From: Vicugna vicugna
Taxonomy: Eukaryota
Assembly (NCBI GenBank): GCA_013265495.1
Contig: MU061904.1
Location: 1,054,001 to 1,118,000 of the forward strand
Direction of reading: 5' to 3'
Length of the DNA stretch: 64,000 bases
Shown here: one piece after another, positions 12,597 through 23,125 of the stretch
How the letters are laid out: each line of letters opens with the position of its first letter
How positions within the stretch are numbered: the first letter of the stretch is position 1
Translations under genes and position numbers: made by a program
The notes under the pieces: model-generated
Database searches by the model: none
Told to the model about the DNA's origin: nothing
The model's input: only the letters and a program-made list of their open reading frames with translations

Positions 12597-12926
12597 ACTG
12601 AGTTTTACGGCAGGCCAGGGAGCAGGCCTTCCACGTGGAGCTCTCCCCGATGAGCAATAAAAAAAAACGCCCAAACACAAGAGTCAGATGTGCTGTATGG
12701 AGTGTTCTGTCCGCCCTCAGCCTCTGAGTGTCCGCCAAGTCTCATAAATTAGGCAAACGTCTCCGGGCTCAGGAGCCGCAGAAGGAGACTCGCCCGCTGC
12801 CAGAGCAGCAAAGCCAGGAAACGGGGCGCACAAAAGCAACGTCAGCCTGGCCTTGGGGGGAGAGCTGCCCATCCCCATATTTCCCGAGCGGCCCTCAGAA
12901 GAATTTTGTGCCGCTTCAAAATGGTC

Positions 12927-13105
12927 CAGGGTGGTGATTCTCAAAGTTTGCCCCCCGGACCAGTAGCTAGAAATGCAAATTCTCACGCCCCAACTCCATC
13001 CTCCTACACCAGGGACCCTGGGGCTCTGACTGGCAATTTATGTTTAACAAGTGCCCTTAAGCAGCCCTCCAGGAGACTGACGCCCAAGCAAGTTTGAGAA
13101 GCGGT
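12927..13105. mobile_element. MER5A-type hAT-Charlie MITE
   Basis: GGTGATTCTCAAAGT...TAGAAATGCAAATTCTC...TTTAACAAG...CCCTCCAGG...AAGTTTGAGAA. Confidence 0.8.
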
Positions 13106-14299
13106 CCATTAGAGGCTTCCTGTGTCACTGAAATCAGCAAGAGGCCAGGAGGAGGGTGAGCAAGAGAGATGGGGCGTGTAAAGAGGAGCCGCTTTTAAGG
13201 CCGACTGCTGGCCCAGTCCTGAGTGGTGATGGTATATGGGTGGCCAGAGACTGTAGGGTTGGCAGCTGGGGCCGAGATGGGGCATTTGGGGTCTGGGAAA
13301 AGGGGTGACCAAATGGCTCACAGCCCGGAGAGGTGGGGAGGTTACTGCACAGGGACAGCATGAGAGGCTGGGAGCAGGGAGGCCGCACTGGGGAGGGTTA
13401 GGGACCCAGCAGGGCAGGGACTCTTCACCTGTGAGCATCTCCAGGGTAGCACGTCCAGGCCAGGCCCTTGGCCGGTTCTCCTACTCGATGCCCATGGCCA
13501 GTGGGGAGGACGGCACCAGCGCTCCATGTAGCCAAGGAGGAACCCAAGGCCCTTAAAGGCCCCTTGTTCACTGAGACTCATCCAGAGGTGAGTTCTCCAT
13601 CATCTCTGCCCTCTGCCTCTGGGTGGCGGCTGTGGGGAGGGGGTGGGGGAAAGGGGGCCCACCTGGTGGAGAGGAGGTGTAGGAAGGAAAGAGGGAGTCT
13701 CCCAGGCTGTCCTTAAGGCAAAAATTCCATTCAGAACTTTCTCTTGTTGATTTTCAAGAGCCTTTCCTCCTCTTCACGAAACCCCGCCAGTGAATCTCAC
13801 GTTATGGCTTTCATGACTATTGTTTCTGATGTCGATAGCCTGGACAGCAACTGTCCCCCTTCCCTTCCCTTCCTGCTCAATCAGCCCTCATCCCTGAAGC
13901 CACTGACGCCTGCGAGAAGGAAGCATAGAGTTGGAAGGAACCTTTGGGACGATGCTGTCTAACCCTGTCATTTTATATGCAGTTCATAGAGAGGGAAAGT
14001 GACTTGTTCAAGGTCACACGGCAGACTGATGACTGAACTCATTGGAATTGACTGAGCTCATTCGAATGATGACTGAGCTGTCAGAATTGTCAGACACCCA
14101 GCTTGCCCAGCTATGTCCCCCACCCCCAGAGATCTGGAGGTGTGGGAAAACATCCACACATTTGGTCAGCAGATGTGTGAGTATGGGAGTAGCAGAGAAT
14201 GAAGGAAAAGTTTGTTTTCCTTACATTACTTTTCTCATCTGGGCTTCCATTTTCTTACAGACTGATACAGCTAGACTATCAGGAAATACAACCTGGACC

Positions 14300-16020
14300 C
14301 TCCTACGCTGCTGGTGAGAGTGTCCACTATGGAGGACAGTATGGAGATTCCTTTAAAAACTAAAAATAGAATTACTGTATGATCCAGCAGCCCCACTCCT
14401 GGGCATATATCTGGAGGGAATGCTAATTCAAAAAGACACCTGCACCCCAATGTTCATAGCAGCACTATTTACAATAGCCAAGACATGGAAACAATCTAAG
14501 TGTCCATTGACAAAGGATTCGATAAAGAAATTGTGGTAGCAGCTCATACAACTCAATAAGAAAAAAATAAACAACCCAATCCAAAAATGGGCAGAAGACC
14601 TAAACAAGCAACTCTCCAAGGAAGACATACAAATGATCAAAAAGCACATGAAAAAATGTTCAATATCACTAATTATCAGAGCAGAGNNNNNNNNNNNNNN
14701 NNNNNNNNNNNNNNNNNNNNNNNNNNNNNNNNNNNNNNNNNNNNNNNNNNNNNNNNNNNNNNNNNNNNNNNNNNNNNNNNNNNNNNNNNNNNNNNNNNNN
14801 NNNNNNNNNNNNNNNNNNNNNNNNNNNNNNNNNNNNNNNNNNNNNNNNNNNNNNNNNNNNNNNNNNNNNNNNNNNNNNNNNNNNNNNNNNNNNNNNNNNN
14901 NNNNNNNNNNNNNNNNNNNNNNNNNNNNNNNNNNNNNNNNNNNNNNNNNNNNNNNNNNNNNNNNNNNNNNNNNNNNNNNNNNNNNNNNNNNNNNNNNNNN
15001 NNNNNNNNNNNNNNNNNNNNNNNNNNNNNNNNNNNNNNNNNNNNNNNNNNNNNNNNNNNNNNNNNNNNNNNNNNNNNNNNNNNNNNNNNNNNNNNNNNNN
15101 NNNNNNNNNNNNNNNNNNNNNNNNNNNNNNNNNNNNNNNNNNNNNNNNNNNNNNNNNNNNNNNNNNNNNNNNNNNNNNNNNNNNNNNNNNNNNNNNNNNN
15201 NNNNNNNNNNNNNNNNNNNNNNNNNNNNNNNNNNNNNNNNNNNNNNNNNNNNNNNNNNNNNNNNNNNNNNNNNNNNNNNNNNNNNNNNNNNNNNNNNNNN
15301 NNNNNNNNNNNNNNNNNNNNNNNNNNNNNNNNNNNNNNAACAAGATTACACTGTATAGCACAGGGAAATATACACAAAATGTTATGATAAATCACAGAGA
15401 AAAAAATGTGACAATGAGTGTGTATATGTCCATGAATGACTGAAAAATTGTGCTGAACACTGGAATTTGACACAACACTGTAAAATGATTGTGAATTGAT
15501 GAAAAATGTAAAAAAATAAAAGAAGTTGTGGTATATTTATACAATGGAATATTACTCAGCCATAAAAAAGAATGAAATAATGCCATTTGCAGAAACATGG
15601 ATGGATCTGGAGATCGTCATTCTAAGTGAAACAAGCCAGAAAGAGAAAAAAAAAATACCATATGATATCACTCATATGTGGAATATTAAAAAAAGACACA
15701 AATTAACTTATGAAACAGAAACAGACTTACAGACATAGAAAACAAACTTATGGTTACTAGGGGAGAGAGGGGGTGGGGAGGGATAAATTGGGAGTTCAAG
15801 ATTTGCAGATACTAACTACTACATATAAAATAAACAAACAAGTTTCTACTGTAGAACACAAGGAACCATATTCAATATCTTATAGTAACTTACAATGAAA
15901 AGGAATATATGTATGTACACGTATGACTGAAACATTTTGTTATACACCAGAAATTGACCCAACATTGTGAACTTATTATACTTCAATTTTTAAAAAATAA
16001 AAAAAAGAAAGAAAGAAAAT
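14300..16020 (+). mobile_element. L1 3' portion (ORF2 C-terminus + 3' UTR + A-tail), interrupted at 14539-15518 by a younger L1
   Basis: Segments resembling YDPA.PLLGIY and [21 protein letters not shown], then after the insert WYIYTMEYYSAIKKNEIMPFAETWMDLE. G-rich 3' UTR, A-tail near 15990-16020. Confidence 0.92.
14539..15518 (+). mobile_element. Younger 5'-truncated camelid-type L1 nested in the older L1 (652-nt gap inside)
   Basis: Starts in an upstream ORF2 segment ([22 protein letters not shown]) and ends ...TTTGACACAACACTGTAAAATGA...AAAAAATAAA. Flanked by AAAGAAATTGTGGTA (14524-14538) and AAAGAAGTTGTGGTA (15519-15533). Confidence 0.85.
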
Positions 16021-17044
16021 AAGTTCTACCGTTGTCAGTCCCCAAAACTATACGACCAGGAAGAAGCCTCAGGGTGGGCTCCCACCAGCGGAGTGTACCA
16101 TGGGAGTTTCAGGGAAGCAAGTCTAAGGATCTGCATTTGGGGAAATGACCCAAACTTTGTGTATTGTAAATTCATATTAATCATCAGTTATGACTCAAGA
16201 ATTCCTAAAGATAATGGCCACTATGTTCTTTGCCCCAAAAGGCAGATATTATTTGAAGGCTTACCAGAAACTGGAGTGCCTCCTGCCCAAGCCCCCAGGG
16301 CAGCCGGCCAGGAACACTGAGCGCGCTTGGAGGGAGCTGGAGAGCGTGCAGAGGAGGGCGCCGGGCCTTCCTTCACCACAACCCATCCTCTCCACCCTTC
16401 CTCCTGCTCCAAGACCCAGGGAATCGGTCACGGCTACAGCCACGACCCATGCGTCCTCTGGTCTCTGGTTGGTCCAGTCTGAAGCGAGAGGCCCCAGCAG
16501 GAGCTCAGAGGACAGGAGAGAATGATGCTTCGCGCCTGTTCACTGTTTCCCTCCCTGCGCCGTCGCCCTGAGCTGGCCGTGTCCTCTGCCCCTCTTAGTG
16601 GCTCTCCTCCCCTCCCTTGGGCCTCAGAGTGGGAACAGCTGGGCTGGCACGAGCCCAGGTCACAGCACCATCCCTATAGCTCCCCTACACCCACACCTTT
16701 GCACACAGGACCCACCACCACCACCAAATGTCCTGCTGTCAGCGTGCCACTGGCCTCCCTTAGGAACGCAGGGAAGGGCCACTGATGTTGCAGGCGGACT
16801 AAAGAGATGGGCCTCCCAGACTCGGGACTGACGGGTGAGGAGACAGCGGGAGGGTCTGCCAGGGTAAAAAGGTCTGATCTTGGGGGTCGCAGCCTTGCTC
16901 CCCAGATCCTGGACTATGAGGTCAGGGGAAAGTCTCCCATCAGCAGAACATAAGTAAATGAGGAGGTATCATGCAGACGGCCCCCATCCCTGGGAGCTCC
17001 CCCTCCCCATGACATCTGCTCTGTAGAGAGCAGACAGAAGGGGG

Positions 17045-17473
17045 CAGTCAGGAGTCTGCTGCAATAACCCAGGGGAGAAATGGGCTTGGGCAAGAGTGAC
17101 GGCGGCAGAAGTAATGAAACATAGTCAGATTCTGGATGTAATCTGAAGACAGATCCAATGGGATTTGCACACAGGTTGGATGTGAGTATGAGAGAAAGAG
17201 AAGAGTCAGGAATGATCTGAGAAGGTTTGGGTCTGGCAACTGGGAAGAGGGTGTCTTGGTTATGCAGTGCTACGTAACAAACTACCCCAAATCTTAGTGG
17301 CACGAAACAACCGTTTGTTTTGCGTTGATTTTGTGAGTCAGGAGTTAGGAAAAAGCTGGCTGGGTAGTTTGTCTCTGCTCCATGTGACATCAGCAGGGAG
17401 GCTGGGGTAGGCGATCCATCTACCTCCAAGATGGCTTCCTCAGTGCTCCTAAGCACCTCTCTTGTCTCACACT

Positions 17474-17504
<31 letters not shown>

Positions 17505-17900
17505 CTGGTGGTACCTGGGGAGTCCCACCTCTTACATGGAGGCTGCCTTCCAAGAGTCGTGACCTAGATGCTGCCAGGCTAGTTAAGGGCTATGCCCCAA
17601 ACAGGCACAGTGTCACTCCCACCCTGTTCTGTTATTCAAGGCGGTCACAGGGCCTGCCTATTTCAAGGGGATGGAAAATTAACTCTATGTCCTGATGAGG
17701 ATTAGCAAGGTTACACTGCAGAGGAGCGTGTGGGATGGTAGATATTACTGTGACCGTCTTTGGATAACATGATCCGGTGCAGGTGACGTTAGCATTTTCT
17801 AATTCAGGGAGGGCCGCACGGGGGAGGAGAGATCAGAGCTCAGTCTCAGGCGGGTTGAGTTCGAGGTGCCCACTGGTTATCCAGGCAGAGATGGAGCTAC
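17045..17900 (-). mobile_element. L2 interrupted by an MLT1 LTR (~17253-17770) that contains (CA)14 at 17474-17501
   Basis: L2 text GATTCTGGATGTAATCTGAAG...GGATGTGAGTATGAGAGAAAGAGAAGAGTCA on the left and GTTGAGTTCGAGGTGCCCACTGGTTATCCA on the right. Antisense MLT1 GTAACAAACTACCCCAAATCTTAGTGGC lies between. Confidence 0.75.
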
Positions 17901-18799
17901 AGCCCCAGACCTGCCTTTATCCACCCACCCACCAGCCCACCCCTCTGCCAGTTCTTTAGGAAACAACCAGGACCCTCATAGTTGGCCTTTCAGTGGCCGA
18001 GCCGTTTCAGAGAACTTTTTAGTTTTCCGCTGGACAGGACAGGAGAGTGGAGATGAGAAGGACGACCAAGACAGCTCCTCCCAGGCAACGCTGGGCCCTT
18101 CGTAGTTATAACGAGCCCCTCTGCTGGCTCCATCCAAGGCTCCAGCACCAAGGTGCTGTNNNNNNNNNNNNNNNNNNNNNNNNNNNNNNNNNNNNNNNNN
18201 NNNNNNNNNNNNNNNNNNNNNNNNNNNNNNNNNNNNNNNNNNNNNNNNNNNNNNNNNNNNNNNNNNNNNNNNNNNNNNNNNNNNNNNNNNNNNNNNNNNN
18301 NNNNNNNNNNNNNNNNNNNNNNNNNNNNNNNAAAACACACAAGGCTTTGACTCAGGGCTTAAATGGAGGGTCACTTTAAAAGCTTTCTTTCTACCAAGTT
18401 CACAACAGCTTTCTGGGAGAGAAAAGAGATTTATTAGGAAAGATTGCCTTTGCAACCAGACTTCAAGCGGTAGAAGGATCATATGTGGGTGTGTGTTTGT
18501 ACACACATCTACATGCCTGAAAGACCAAGGCCCTGGCTCAGGTAGATAAAAGACTTGGTCCCCTGAAAAGCCTTTCTCCATTTGCTGCGAATGCATGGCC
18601 TTCACCCCAGACACACAGATGTCCAGCCTACCCTTCATGAAGTCAGGGCTCAGACAGAGCCAAACTGTGAAGTCTGCCCCACCTCTCCTGTGGCTGCCCT
18701 CACAGGAACACTGCCCGCTCTGAGGGCTCATATTCCCAGTGTAGAGATGGCACCAGTCCCTTTACCCAGGGCGTAACTTTAGGCAAACTGCCCCATCTA

Positions 18800-18960
18800 T
18801 TTGTTAGAAGCCAGGGTGGTGGTTACCTTGCGGACGGAGGGTGCGGTAGTGCCCAGGAGGGACACAAGGGGGCGTTCCCGCGGCACTGGAGATGTCCTGT
18901 GTCTTATTCTGGGGGGCGGTCATCAGATGTGTTCACTTTGTGCTAACCTATCGAGGTTTT
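18800..18960 (+). mobile_element. Old L1M (MC/ME) 3' end
   Basis: TTAGAAGCCAGGGTGGTGGTTACCTT...GATGTCCTGTGTCTT...GTGTTCACTTTGTG. Confidence 0.65.
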
Positions 18961-19139
18961 CAATCAAATCTAGTGACTCTTTTCATTTTTTTTTTCAGAC
19001 AAGTTGCCTGCTACTTGACATCTGGGCAGCACATGAATCTGTCAACTGATCTCTTCTCTCAGCTTCTGGGACAGAGCATCCTCCACGGAATGTGTGTACA
19101 TCTCTATGTGCAAGTTATACTTCCATTAAAAGTTTCTTT

Positions 19140-19320
19140 TTTTCAATTACCTTTTCTACCTGCACCTCAATTTCCTTATCTGTGAAGAAGGGATAGTAAA
19201 AAACACCTTCTGCCTCATGGGGGGTGTGGCAAGGATTAGAGATATTCACGGAAAGTGTCCCGCCCGGTACACCGTACAGTAGACACTCGGCACCTGCTGA
19301 AGCTGCATGTGACAAAATGT
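19140..19320 (+). mobile_element. MIR
   Basis: CCTCAATTTCCTTATCTGTGAAGAAGGGATAGTAA core. Confidence 0.75.
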
Positions 19321-19589
19321 GTTCAGGTGTTCACCTCCTGTGACAGGGCAGGATTGTCACAATAAACCATGGCGTCCACTGCCCTGTCTGCTCGCCTATT
19401 CTCAACCATTAACCCCTAAGTGTCTGCTGGTTGTCTAACATTGATATTATTGTCATGGGTTAGAGTTTCAAAATTAAAATTAGTAGGCCAGTTAGTAGGA
19501 ATAAAGAAAAAATTAAGGGTTTGAATATATTGGTTATTTAAATTGTATGTAGAAACAGAAACCTTTGAAGACCCAATGGATGTTGCCAG

Positions 19590-21040
19590 TGCCGAGTCAG
19601 AAGCAGTGAGGATATGCTAGTGGAAAGAACTTCTTGTGCAAAGGCTTGGAGATATGGAGGCAAGGAAGGGCCTGGAACACACCCAGACAGTGGGAGAACA
19701 TTAGTGAAAGCAGAAGTTGACCGGTAACCTTACCCTTCCTGGTACAGGGTTTGGATTTTACCCTGAAGGCAGTGGGAGAGACTCTGGGTTTTAAAATAAG
19801 TGTCAGGGTTGGAGCTGCATCTCAGAAAGAAAGCAGTGTGGTGGGTGAAGATGGAGGTGGGGTGGGATCAGGAGATACATCACTTTTTTTAAATGTGGTA
19901 ACACAGTCATATAAAATTACAATCTTGCGCATTTTTAAGTGCACAGTTCAGTGGTATAAGGTAGGTTCACATTGTTGTACAATCCATCTCCAGAACTTTT
20001 TCACCTTGCAAAACTGAACTGTACCCACTGAAAAACAACCCCCAACTCCTCCCTCAGATCACTTTGATAGGACTTGTTGACTTGCTGGGTGTGGGGATAA
20101 AGAAGAAGGAGGAGAGAGGGGGGACTCCTGGGTTTGGGGGTTAGAAGGCTGGTTAGGCGGTGGTGTCATTAACCACTTCCACTTTTCTATTACTCATAAA
20201 CCACCCCAAAACTTTGTGACTGAAAACAACAAAGACCTATTATTGCTCATGATTTAGAGGGTTAGCTGGTTGCTTCCTTTGCTGGCTTAGTCTGAGCGCA
20301 CTCATTGGGCTGCATTCAGCTGGAGGGTCAGCTGGGCAGGCAGGTCCAAGCTGGCCTCACCTGTGAGCCTGGCAGTGGACACCGACCATCAGTTCGCTCC
20401 CACCTCTCTTCCTCCAACAGGCCAGACTGGCTTCCTTGCATGGCGGCTGAGGGCTTCTCTTAAAGCTGAGTCTTCAGAACTCTCTCAAAGCCCCTTCTAT
20501 CAGTTTCTGCCCATCCAAGCAAGTCACAAGTCCAGCCCAGGTTTAGGGGGAAGGGAAACAGATTCCACTTCTTGACAGGAGAAGCTGCAAAAACGGTGTG
20601 GCCATATTTAATCTGCCACATAAGAGAAGGACCATGTTTAGCAGAGAAAACAAGTTTGCGGTCGTAGAGATGGAAGAGAAAGTTAAAGTCAACTCAAAGG
20701 AAGAGGCTTCACAACCCAAAGGGAACCATAACACTTAAAGGAATTTAAGAGGTTGATGGAAAAGATGGACCCGAAGAGATGAGCTAGGGTGGCCAGAGGA
20801 GTAGAAAGAAGCACGAGAAAACTCTGCCCCGGAAGCTGAGAGGAGAGAGTTGCTGACAGAATCATATGCTGCCAAGGTATTAAGTTGCACACAATTTGCC
20901 TTTAAAAAAAGAAAACAGAATGATTAGACCTGGTGATTGCAAAGACCCTAATGACAGTGTTGAGAGAACTTAGAAAGAGTGCGAAGAGCAGACACAAAAG
21001 TGCTCTGGGTGATGAGTCTGAAGGCGCTGAATTTTCCCCT
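19590..21040 (-). mobile_element. Fragmented L2 containing an L1 3' end (~19884-20052, minus) and an MLT1 LTR (~20178-20620)
   Basis: Antisense L2 segments flank TTTTTAAGTGCACAGTTCAGTGG (L1) and AAACCACCCCAAAACTT...GCCATATTTAATCTGCCACA (MLT1). Confidence 0.65.
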
Positions 21041-21184
21041 GTATCCATACCCAGGACATATCACACCAGTAAGTGGAGACGTTATATAGAAACTTCCGGT
21101 AACAGAATTATTCTTCCCCACCCCACCCCACCTCATGGACATCAGACCTGGGACCGGCTTAGGCAGTAGGATATAGACAGAGGC

Positions 21185-21425
21185 TTATGTGCCCCACCTG
21201 AGCAGATGTGTGAAGAGCCACACGTAGAGCCCCCATTGCTCCCCTTTCGCCCTGACCTTAAGGACAGCATGTCCCAGATGAGGCTGCTCCTTTAGCCTGG
21301 GCCCCGGAGTGAACAGCCAGTGTCACAGCCAGCCTGTAGGTGACATGGAAGGCTGTTACTGTAAACCACTGAGATGGTCGGGGTGTTTCCTAACATGGTA
21401 TAACCCAGCAAAAGCTAACTGATAG
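21185..21425 (+). mobile_element. MLT1 LTR 3' part
   Basis: GATGAGGCTGCTCCTTTAGCCTGGGCCCCGGAGTGA...TGTAAACCACTGAGAT...AGCTAACTGATA. Confidence 0.7.
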
Positions 21426-22186
21426 CTACTCAGCAAATGTTCACTGAGCCTCATCAACTTGAGACAAACTGATGAGAGCCCAGATTGGGGGGTGCTTAAT
21501 TATGATGGAGATGATGATCCAAGAGGGACCCCAGAGAAGGGCACATTTGTGCTAGACTTTGAAGTCTGGCCAGGATTTAAAGAGGAGGCACCCAGGGAAG
21601 TGGTGTGACAATGTCCCAATAATCAAGACCACGTACTCGTGGGTTCTTTTTTTATGTTATGACTTCTGCATAAAAAACTTTCTAGTTCCTACAAATACTT
21701 GTTTTATAGCATACTTCGGTTCTTTCTTGGAAAATGCTTCCAAAACTTGTAACAGCAAACAGGGGCTGCATATTAATGGCTTGGCCCGGCCTTGTGCATG
21801 TGAAGGAGGTCCAAATAAAATTTGAGTTTCAGAGCAAATAAAGAAGGATCTGAAAAGAGCTCCAGATTGTTCCCTGAAAAACGATTCTCCTTTTAAAAGA
21901 CATCTGACCCCCAGGAGACGCTCCCCCACAGAAGCTGAGCCCCCTTCGGAACGCGGGCAATTAGGACCTTCTAGGGGCGGTTGGTTGACAGGGTTTCCTA
22001 CCGCCAGCTAACAGCCTCCCTCCTCCCCCTCAGGGCCTGGATGGCTTCAGACTGTAGCCGGAAAAGGCAAGCTGTGAGCAGGTTGGGAATAAGCGCTCTG
22101 GAATTTCGAGCTGTACCAAACCGTTGGAACGAAGGGTGTGTTCCAAGGCCTTGGGTGAGCAGATTTGGTGGGGGTGACTATCAGTC

Positions 22187-22206
22187 TGTGTGTGTGTGTG
22201 TGTGTG
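22187..22206 (+). repeat. (TG)10 microsatellite
   Basis: Read directly from the sequence. Confidence 0.95.
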
Positions 22207-22974
22207 TCCGTGTCCGTGCGCACAAGCACACACGTTCAATTTAGCAGAGGAAGTCAAGGCAAATAGTTTAATCACAACCATCCCCCGGGGCAATTTGGAA
22301 TAATTTTCTCATTAGAGAATATAACGTGCGGCATGACTAATGTTCAATCAGACAGTAGCTTCCAGCCCCCTCGCTCACTGCCCTTACGCGGCTGCCTCTG
22401 ATTAATGGGGGAGGGGTCTACCCTTCCCCTTCAGGGCTGGGATGGTGGCTAGAGTCCAGTGATGGGGAATAGAGCGGGGAGGGAAAGGAAGATCTTTTTT
22501 CAAATATAAACATGAGAAATAAAATAATGGGAGCCCTCAGGGCTTGAAGCGGACCTGATTAAAGCTGGAGGCAGCGTCAGCCTCTGGGGTACCAGGAAGC
22601 TGGGGCAGGGCTGCACACTCTACCCCACGGAGACAAAGCTTTTGCCCCCACTATTCCTCTTCCTTCTCTGCACTCTAATGGGCCGTCTCCCTCCTCCTCT
22701 CTATGTCCCCTGCCTCTCTCAGTTTCCAGGTCCCTCTTCCTGTCTTTTTCCTATTCACAGCATCCTTCACTGTGTCTTCTCCTGGCTGCATGGTGCCCAC
22801 TGTCTGTTTTCTGGCCCTTCTTTCTGCCTCTGTCTCTCCCAGTGGGACATGTTTGTGGGGGTGGGGAACCTCTGGGCCCAGGGAGTCCAGCTTCTGTGCT
22901 CCCACTTCAAACCTGCAGCCCAGGATGTTCCCATGGAAAGGGGGCTGGGATTTCCTGGAGCTTTGCTCCTCCAG

Positions 22975-23125
22975 GTGTGGTCCGAGGGGCTGCAGCATCA
23001 CATCACCTGTTGCTGGTCAGAAATGCAGGCTCTGGAGCCCATCCTCGGGTCTACTGAATCAGAACCCTCATTTTGTAAGGATTCCCAGGGGATTCAAGTG
23101 CACGGTGAAACTGGGACAAGCCAGG
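22975..23125. mobile_element. MER5A-type MITE
   Basis: GCAGCATCACATCACCTG...AGAAATGCAG...CTACTGAATCAGAA. Confidence 0.75.

Noticed and set aside
16914-17528. 204-aa minus-strand ORF
   Set aside because: It runs across L2, an MLT1 LTR and a (CA)n repeat; artefact.
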